Shown: piece by piece, positions 58,094 to 64,000 of the stretch | Layout: every line of letters begins with the position of its first letter | Numbering within the stretch: the stretch's first letter is position 1 | Assembly (NCBI GenBank): GCA_963818505.1 | Contig: CAWFSJ010000006.1 | Location: 33,296 to 97,295 of the forward strand | Reading direction: 5' to 3' | Source: an uncultured Actinomycetota bacterium | GTDB lineage: Bacteria > Actinomycetota > Actinomycetes > S36-B12 > UBA10799 | DNA: 64,000 bases | Notes under the pieces: generated by a model | The model's database searches: none | What the model saw: the letters and a program-made list of their open reading frames with translations, nothing else | What the model was told of the DNA's origin: nothing | Position numbers and translations under genes: made by a program

Positions 58094-59230
58094 TCAGGCG
58101 TGCGGTTCGGGCGCGGGCGTGGCGGCGCTTTTGCCCCGGGACCAGCGGGTCAGCGTGCGCAGGGCCTGTTTGCGGCTGACTTCCGGGGGCGACGTCTCGT
58201 AGCGCACAAGACCCGCCGCGCCGGCGACTGCGGCGTCCAGGGGCATCACCTTCGCACGACGGTAAGGCCCCGATGCCGGCCGCCTTGCCAGTTCCGCGGG
58301 GTCGCCAATCACGTGCACGCCCAAGGCCGGGACGCCCTGCGCGAACCGCTGGCCGTACTGCTCAGCCTGCTCGGCTGCCCAGGCCGGGGTCTGGATCCGC
58401 AACTCGTCTGCATCCGGCTTGCGGCTCTCGACCATGGTCAGGACGATTCCCTCACGGACCTTCGCGGAGTACTGGTCCCATGTGAGGTCGTGGCTGACCT
58501 GCTTGTTGAGCTTGCGCAGGAACTCCGCCTCCCCTGCCGTCATCGACCTGTTGGCCACGGCCACCTTGCGCCCCGAGAGCAATCCGGCGGGCAGATCCAG
58601 CAGCCCCTCGAACGCGTTGAAGATCGCCAAACGGTCGCCATCAGGAACGATCACGGCGTAAGTGCGATCCAGGCCAACGATCCCGGCCCACCTGCGGACC
58701 TGCTCGATCTGGTCGTGGCGGTACCAGAAGCGGTCGGCACGCTTCTTACGCTTCGCGGCGAAGATCGTCTTCAGGAACTGGTTGTAGGGCGCGCTGTATC
58801 CGGACTTCAACCGCTGCTGCCAGGCCGACGGAAGGATCGCGCCGATGGAACGAAGGGTCACCACCACGCTCACCCGCGCCGGCCCGCCCAGATCAGCGAT
58901 CATGCGTTCGGCGGTGTGCGGCTCTACGTTGTCCAGGAACTCGCTGCTGATGATGGTGCGGCCCTTGTAGTTGGCCTGTTTGACCAGGGCGTCCCACGGC
59001 TTGCGCGGCACCTCCTGGGCGCCGCGGTCCTGCCACCCGTAGACACGGCCGGCCCCCCCGAGGATCGCCTTGTGCTGGTAGCGCGAGTTGCCGGGGTATC
59101 GCACACCATGCTGCTCGAGGTCACCGCGGGCATCGGCAAGCGCAACCTGAAGCGCGGTGGTTCCGGTCTTGTGCACTCCGACGTGCAGCAGGACCTCGCC
59201 CTTGCCGATGGGGGTGATCGAAGATGCCAT
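58094..59230 (-). CDS. sulfotransferase-fold-like P-loop protein, paralogue 2 (function unproven)
   Basis: ATG at 59230 (MASSITPIGKGEVLLHVGVHKTGTTALQ...). It is collinear with paralogue 1 through GR(V/T)IISSEFLD and VVVTLR(A/S)IG(S/A)ILPSAWQQ. The 55 upstream codons of the track ORF are rejected. Confidence 0.6.
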   Translation of the reverse strand: MASSITPIGKGEVLLHVGVHKTGTTALQVALADARGDLEQHGVRYPGNSRYQHKAILGGAGRVYGWQDRGAQEVPRKPWDALVKQANYKGRTIISSEFLDNVEPHTAERMIADLGGPARVSVVVTLRSIGAILPSAWQQRLKSGYSAPYNQFLKTIFAAKRKKRADRFWYRHDQIEQVRRWAGIVGLDRTYAVIVPDGDRLAIFNAFEGLLDLPAGLLSGRKVAVANRSMTAGEAEFLRKLNKQVSHDLTWDQYSAKVREGIVLTMVESRKPDADELRIQTPAWAAEQAEQYGQRFAQGVPALGVHVIGDPAELARRPASGPYRRAKVMPLDAAVAGAAGLVRYETSPPEVSRKQALRTLTRWSRGKSAATPAPEPHA

Positions 59231-59255
59231 AACAACTGAGTCTAGGCCGGGTCGA

Positions 59256-60710
59256 TCACTGCACTTGGTACAGCCGCGCTTTGCCATCGGCCGAACTCCA
59301 GCGCAAGGCGTAGGTGTCCAAAGGCAACTCGTTGCCCTGCGCCTTCCACAGGTCGTAGTCCAGTTTGCAGAACTCGCATGTCTCATCGGTGTCACTGAAG
59401 ATCAGCACATACTGGCCCGGTTCCGGTTGCGCGCCGCGGGTGAAGTCTCGAAGGTCCACATCCCGGCCGAGGCTCTCGGCGTACACGGGCAGGATGCGCA
59501 CCGTCCGGCCGTCTGTGTACACCTGCGGGCCCTGCGGCAAGTTGCGCACCGTCTCGTAGGGCAGGGAGCCGCTATTGGGGTAGAACGTCGCTTCGGTGGT
59601 CGCGAACCGCACTCCGGGCACGAGCACGAGCGCTGCCAGCGCCGCAGCACCCACCCACCCAGGCAGTCGAAGTCGCGCTGCGACGTGTGCACACAGCGCC
59701 ACGGCGGCGATGGTCAGCCCGGGCATGAACGCCAGCCAGTAGCGAGGCACGTCCACGCGGACGCTGGGGTGGGCCGGGTCCAGCACCCCTGCCTGCAGCA
59801 TCAGCAGACCGGCGGGCAACAGGGCCCACACGACGTACAACCCCACCCTCCCGCGCAGCCAGAGGCCACCGATGAGTCCGAGAGCGGCGACCACCAGCAG
59901 CACCCAGCCCCACGGTTCCTGCGACATGGCCACCGGCAGGCGCGCGAGGTACCACCACCGGCTCTGCCCCAAGTACGCGCCGTCCAAGGGCGAGGTCGAG
60001 TCGTTGAGATCCGAGCCGGTCAGCACGTGGAGCTTGGCCCAAGGGTCGTTCAGCGTCAGCCAGGACAACCCGATGTCCAGCGCCGCCCAAACGACCAGCC
60101 CGGGCAGGACCGCCAGATACCCCCGCCACCGCCGCGACAGCCCCCAGATGAGGAAGGCGAAGATCGGCCAGGTGAACAGCGTGGTCTCGCGCACCTCGAA
60201 CGCCCATCCCGCCGCGAGCCCGGCCAGCAGCAGCGGCCACACCCGGTCACGGTCGCGAGCAATCAGCACCAGGATCAGCGTCAATCCGTTGAGCGCGATG
60301 GCCATCAGGTCCGGGTAGCCACGGCTCAGGTTGATGAAGGTCAATGGCTGCGCGACGAACGCCACAACGCTCAGAGCCGCGACGAGCGCCGGGCCCACCG
60401 CCCGGGACAGCACGTAGACCACGGGCACGACCAGAGCAGTGGCCAGGAAGGCGAACGCATAGAAGGTCGCAAGGGTGTCGCCGAACACCGCGGCGACCGG
60501 CAACAGGGGCACGATGATTCCCCATCGGGTCAGCCCGGAGGGGATCCACTCGTGGGTGCCGAACTCCAGCGCAGACATGGCGTAGTGCCAGGGGTCGGAG
60601 GTGACCAGGACCGTGCGGAAGGCCCAGGCGAGCGCAAGCGTGCATACACCCAGCAGCAGCGCCACGGGTACGTCGACCCGGCTGCGCCAGGGGTCAGCCC
60701 AAGGCCGCAT
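59256..60710 (-). CDS. polytopic membrane protein, GT-C-fold glycosyltransferase-like (ArnT/PMT_2-like) with C-terminal soluble domain
   Basis: About 10-12 hydrophobic segments, with an early extracytoplasmic loop containing acidic residues, as in GT-C enzymes. The last roughly 110 aa are hydrophilic. The start is uncertain: ATG at 60710 (17-nt overlap with the upstream gene) or the track start at 60749. Confidence 0.55.
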   Translation of the reverse strand: MRPWADPWRSRVDVPVALLLGVCTLALAWAFRTVLVTSDPWHYAMSALEFGTHEWIPSGLTRWGIIVPLLPVAAVFGDTLATFYAFAFLATALVVPVVYVLSRAVGPALVAALSVVAFVAQPLTFINLSRGYPDLMAIALNGLTLILVLIARDRDRVWPLLLAGLAAGWAFEVRETTLFTWPIFAFLIWGLSRRWRGYLAVLPGLVVWAALDIGLSWLTLNDPWAKLHVLTGSDLNDSTSPLDGAYLGQSRWWYLARLPVAMSQEPWGWVLLVVAALGLIGGLWLRGRVGLYVVWALLPAGLLMLQAGVLDPAHPSVRVDVPRYWLAFMPGLTIAAVALCAHVAARLRLPGWVGAAALAALVLVPGVRFATTEATFYPNSGSLPYETVRNLPQGPQVYTDGRTVRILPVYAESLGRDVDLRDFTRGAQPEPGQYVLIFSDTDETCEFCKLDYDLWKAQGNELPLDTYALRWSSADGKARLYQVQ

Positions 60711-63700
60711 CGATGACCCGGGCTGAAGCGTTGCCGTCCTCCCACGCACAGAACTGCTCGGAGAACCGGCTGTAGGCCCCGGCGTACTGCTGCTGCACGT
60801 CGCCCAGTTGGACCAGCGCGTCCAGCACCTCGCCGGAGGTCCGGCAGATCGGGCCGGGTGGGTCCGCGGTCAGGTCGAAGTAGAAGCCGCGCAGGCGGTC
60901 CCGGTAGTCGTCCAGGTCCCACGTGTAGAAGATCATCGGGCGGCCGGTGTTGGCGAAGTCGAACATCACTGAGGAGTAGTCGGTGATCAGCACATCGGCG
61001 ATCAGGTAGAGGTCGGCGATGTCCGGGTAGGTCGAGACGTTGCGCACGAAACCACCAACATCCACAATCCCGGCCCTTGTGGCCTGCAGGTGATGTCCAC
61101 GCAATAGCAGGACGTGGGAGTCCCCGAAGCGCTCACGGAGCATCTCCACGTTGAGCTTGAGGTCGAACAGGTAGCGACCCCGATCGTCGTAGCGGTCGTC
61201 GCGCCAGGTCGGGGCGTACAGGATCACCTGCTGGTCCTCACGCAGGCCGAGCCGGGCACGGGCGGCGGCAGCGCGTGCATGACGTTCGGGCCGGTAGAAG
61301 AGGTCGTTGCGCGGGTAACCCGTGGCGAGGATCTCGCGAGTGGGCACACCGAAGGCGCGCGCCATGATCTGGGTGGAGTAGGCGTTGGGGCTGACGAGGT
61401 AGTTCCACTTGGCCGCTTCAGCGGCGAACGTCTGCAGATAGCCCTTGCGCGCGAAGTTGACCTTCTCGATGTCCTGACCGACCTTCTTCAGCGGTGTCCC
61501 GTGCCAGGTCTGCAGGTAGGTCTGATCATCGCGCTTGACGAAACTCTGATCGATCGAGTCGTTGGAGATGATCCAACGCGATCGAGCCAGCAGGTCGTAG
61601 TACTCCGGGCTGAAACGAAGGACCGTCTGGACTCCGCGTGGCATCCGGACCCCGAGATCGCGCACCACCCACACTCTGCGGCGGCGATCCTTGCGCCGCT
61701 GGAGCTCCTCGTCGATAGCGCGCAGATTGTCGCTGTACTGCTTGCCCTTCCAGTTCTCGAACAGGATGGTCTTGCGCGTGCGCCGGGAACGCCGCTTGGG
61801 GTAGTACGTGTCGATGATGTGCGCTCTGCCGTGCAGGCCCGGGGGACGGATGTCCCCTGACGGGTCCACCAGGATGTAGGCCGTCGCCGCCCGCCGGGCA
61901 CGCACCCCGATCTTGACCCCGCCACGCAGGCTGAGCCACTCCGGGGACACCATCCGCGACCGGGTGATCTCCGCGACGTGTACGGGAACACCGTCCTGAC
62001 TCAAGAGGCTCCACCGGCCCGGGGCGAGATGGGCGACCCCGTCGTCGGCGCCGCGATCATCAGCCGGCAGGCTCACCTGCCACTGCTCACCGTCGAGCGT
62101 CACCGGGTACTCGCTGCGAAGCCCATTACGGTTCTCCAGGGCCAGTACCGTCAACCCCGACGCCCGGTCACCGCTCAGGTGCAGATCACCTCCGGCGATC
62201 CGCCACTGCAGCAGTCGCGGCCGTGGCTCACGAACACTGATCTGCAGCCCGCCAGTCACTCCCGCGCGTGCGTGGTACTCCTGGTCGCCGTGCGTCTGCA
62301 GGATCTCGCTCAAGCCCGGGTCGACGAGGGCCGGTTGCGGCTCCTGCGACTGCGGATCCGCCAGCAGGACGTCGAACTCGGTCACAGTCGCGGACTCCAG
62401 CGGCGGCATCGCGGAAACGTCGAGGTCCACGGTCGTGGAATGCTCCGCGCTGACCTCCTCGAAGTCATCACGGCGTCGCGCGAGGACCTGTACGCCGGGA
62501 AGTGCGCCGCCGAAGTGCACACGCACCAGGCCCGGCCTCGGGATCTCGACGCCGGTGACCAGCGGCTGTGGCCGGTGGACCGCCAGACCCAGCGGTTCAC
62601 CGCGCCAACGCAAAACGGCAATGCGCCCATCCGGCAGGACAGTCCGCCTGGGCAGTTGGGCCGCCCCGTCGTAGGTCCCCGAAAGCGGGACCCGCCGCCG
62701 CCCGCCTGGAGCCGTGACGTCGACGTCGACGCGCATCAGGCCCTCTGCCGGCAGGTCCGCCACAGGCACGGTGAAGGACAACCCGACGTTGTCGTAGGTC
62801 ACGTCCGCGTTGAACTCCTTGGCCGTCAGGTCCGACCGGTTGTGCCATTTGACCGCAACGCTGAACGGGGCGTCGCCTCCGACCACACGGATGCGCAGCT
62901 TGCGCTGTTCCGGCCCGCCGGAGTCGATGCCTTCCAGATAGGCATAACCTGCGACGGCCAGCCCCTCTTCTGTCCAACTGGCCTGCTCCACCTCGGAGGC
63001 GACGGGCTGAGCCTGTCCCCACTCGTACAGTTCGCGGGGATACCCCGGCTCGCCCAGGAACGGCAGGTCGGCGTACGTGAGACCGTCGCCGGGGATCGTC
63101 TTGCGCAGCGCGTACGGGTCGCGTTCGTATTCGAGGAACTCCACCAGTTGTTCGTGCTGCCCCTGCTCGATCAGCCAGTACCGGACCCGGTCACGGGGCG
63201 GCAGTTCTGCCATCACCTCAGGTGAGCTGGCCCGCAGGAACGCCCCCACGCGTTCCATGAAGAGGTGCTGGTAGGCCTGCGAGGCAGTTGGATAGTTGGG
63301 CAGGTACAGCGGGATGTCGAACGTAAGCACTTTGCGGTCGTGGGTCTGCTTGAGGAACTGGTCGTCGGCGAGCAGGGCGCAGACCTCGTCGATCGCGTCC
63401 ATCCGGTCGCGCAGATTGTCGACCTCGCCGCGGCGCTGGGTGATCGAGGCATCGGAGTCGATGCGGCGACGCCAGTAGTACACCGGTGTCTTGAGAACGT
63501 CCACAGCCCTGGCCCGGACATGGGCCGCGATCATGACTGGGAGATCCTCATAGGTGACCAGCGGCTTGAAACCCAGGCCGGTCTCACGCCAGAACTGCGT
63601 GCGGAACACCTTGTTCCACGACGTCGTGTCGTACATGAGGCTGGGCGTGCGGGTGATCGTCGTGCGCAGCCGGGTTCCCAGGATTGCGTTGCGGTGCGGC

Positions 63701-64000
63701 CCACTGGGAGTCAGGTGCACACCGTCGTAACGTTGTACGTCACCGAGCGCGATGTCCGAGCCGGTCTTGCGCAGGCTGCTCATCAGTACCCGGAAGCCTT
63801 CGGGCGGGAGCAGGTCGTCACCGTCCACGAACGCCAGATGATCCTGGGTGACATGTGCCAGGCCGAGGTTTCGCGCACCACCCGGACCGCTGCCGGGCCC
63901 GTCCACCACCACCCACCCGGGATTGGCCTGCGCGTACTGCGCGCAGATGGCACCCGTTGAGTCCGACGAACCGTCGTTGACCAGGATGACTTGGGTCGCC
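60694..64000 (-). CDS. bifunctional GT2 glycosyltransferase / CDP-glycerol glycerophosphotransferase (TagF/TarL-like), 5'-truncated at window edge
   Basis: The frame stays open to nt 63999 (ATQVILVNDGSSDSTGAICAQYAQANPGWVVVDG...). The GT2 motifs are NDGSSD and FVDGDD. The C-terminal TagF-type motifs are LQTWHGTPLKKVG, LYAPTWRDD and LITDYSSVMFDFANTGRPMIFY. Confidence 0.85.
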   Translation of the reverse strand, partial: ATQVILVNDGSSDSTGAICAQYAQANPGWVVVDGPGSGPGGARNLGLAHVTQDHLAFVDGDDLLPPEGFRVLMSSLRKTGSDIALGDVQRYDGVHLTPSGPHRNAILGTRLRTTITRTPSLMYDTTSWNKVFRTQFWRETGLGFKPLVTYEDLPVMIAAHVRARAVDVLKTPVYYWRRRIDSDASITQRRGEVDNLRDRMDAIDEVCALLADDQFLKQTHDRKVLTFDIPLYLPNYPTASQAYQHLFMERVGAFLRASSPEVMAELPPRDRVRYWLIEQGQHEQLVEFLEYERDPYALRKTIPGDGLTYADLPFLGEPGYPRELYEWGQAQPVASEVEQASWTEEGLAVAGYAYLEGIDSGGPEQRKLRIRVVGGDAPFSVAVKWHNRSDLTAKEFNADVTYDNVGLSFTVPVADLPAEGLMRVDVDVTAPGGRRRVPLSGTYDGAAQLPRRTVLPDGRIAVLRWRGEPLGLAVHRPQPLVTGVEIPRPGLVRVHFGGALPGVQVLARRRDDFEEVSAEHSTTVDLDVSAMPPLESATVTEFDVLLADPQSQEPQPALVDPGLSEILQTHGDQEYHARAGVTGGLQISVREPRPRLLQWRIAGGDLHLSGDRASGLTVLALENRNGLRSEYPVTLDGEQWQVSLPADDRGADDGVAHLAPGRWSLLSQDGVPVHVAEITRSRMVSPEWLSLRGGVKIGVRARRAATAYILVDPSGDIRPPGLHGRAHIIDTYYPKRRSRRTRKTILFENWKGKQYSDNLRAIDEELQRRKDRRRRVWVVRDLGVRMPRGVQTVLRFSPEYYDLLARSRWIISNDSIDQSFVKRDDQTYLQTWHGTPLKKVGQDIEKVNFARKGYLQTFAAEAAKWNYLVSPNAYSTQIMARAFGVPTREILATGYPRNDLFYRPERHARAAAARARLGLREDQQVILYAPTWRDDRYDDRGRYLFDLKLNVEMLRERFGDSHVLLLRGHHLQATRAGIVDVGGFVRNVSTYPDIADLYLIADVLITDYSSVMFDFANTGRPMIFYTWDLDDYRDRLRGFYFDLTADPPGPICRTSGEVLDALVQLGDVQQQYAGAYSRFSEQFCAWEDGNASARVIDAALG

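Overview
High-GC actinobacterial chromosomal segment. It is almost entirely coding: 54 CDS and 5 repeat elements are called. I found no rRNA, tRNA, CRISPR array, transposase or integrase.

Left part (1-19.6 kb):
- A 5'-truncated Baeyer-Villiger-type monooxygenase, a DUF222-HNH protein and an amidohydrolase.
- The conserved minus-strand block prfB-ftsE-ftsX-M23 peptidase-smpB, with no tmRNA gene beside smpB.
- A TM2 protein, a secreted M14 carboxypeptidase and an AlkB-like dioxygenase.
- The 1609-aa NAD-glutamate dehydrogenase with pruA.
- A lipid-related trio: DUF6912-like protein, patatin and WS/DGAT.

Middle part (19.6-46.4 kb):
- A 531-nt ORF-poor gap, then a HAD hydrolase and an orphan Ssd/TadZ-like ATPase.
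- An HTH protein, an unknown protein, an Rv3235-family protein, secA, a GNAT, a LuxR-type regulator, hpf and comF.
- lpqB-mtrB-mtrA, a CPBP protease, a CDF transporter, then manA, SIS, Trm112, PMM, DUF3499 and an Rv3259-like gene.
- whiB, then the F420 genes fbiC and fbiA-fbiB, an NDP-sugar pyrophosphorylase and a TIGR03089 protein.
- From memory, this gene order matches Mycobacterium Rv3234c-Rv3262 and Streptomyces SCO3005-3013, so this part is ordinary core genome.

Right part (46.4-64 kb), a cell-envelope glycopolymer island:
- A 1044-aa amidase/SpoIID hydrolase, an LCP ligase and a GT2.
- Four TagF-type glycerophosphotransferase domains and a LicC-like nucleotidyltransferase.
- A secreted SNase plus lamin-tail nuclease, two tandem sulfotransferase-like paralogues and a GT-C membrane protein.

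I could not identify a clear-cut new multi-gene system such as a defence system. The observations most worth follow-up are:
- A composite hairpin-repeat block downstream of whiB.
- A two-tier 70-nt palindrome that recurs 17.6 kb away.
- The ORF-poor gap next to the Ssd-like/HAD pair, a candidate Ms1/6S-like sRNA locus by synteny, which contains a three-copy motif hairpin.
- The unusual accessory content of the wall-polymer island.
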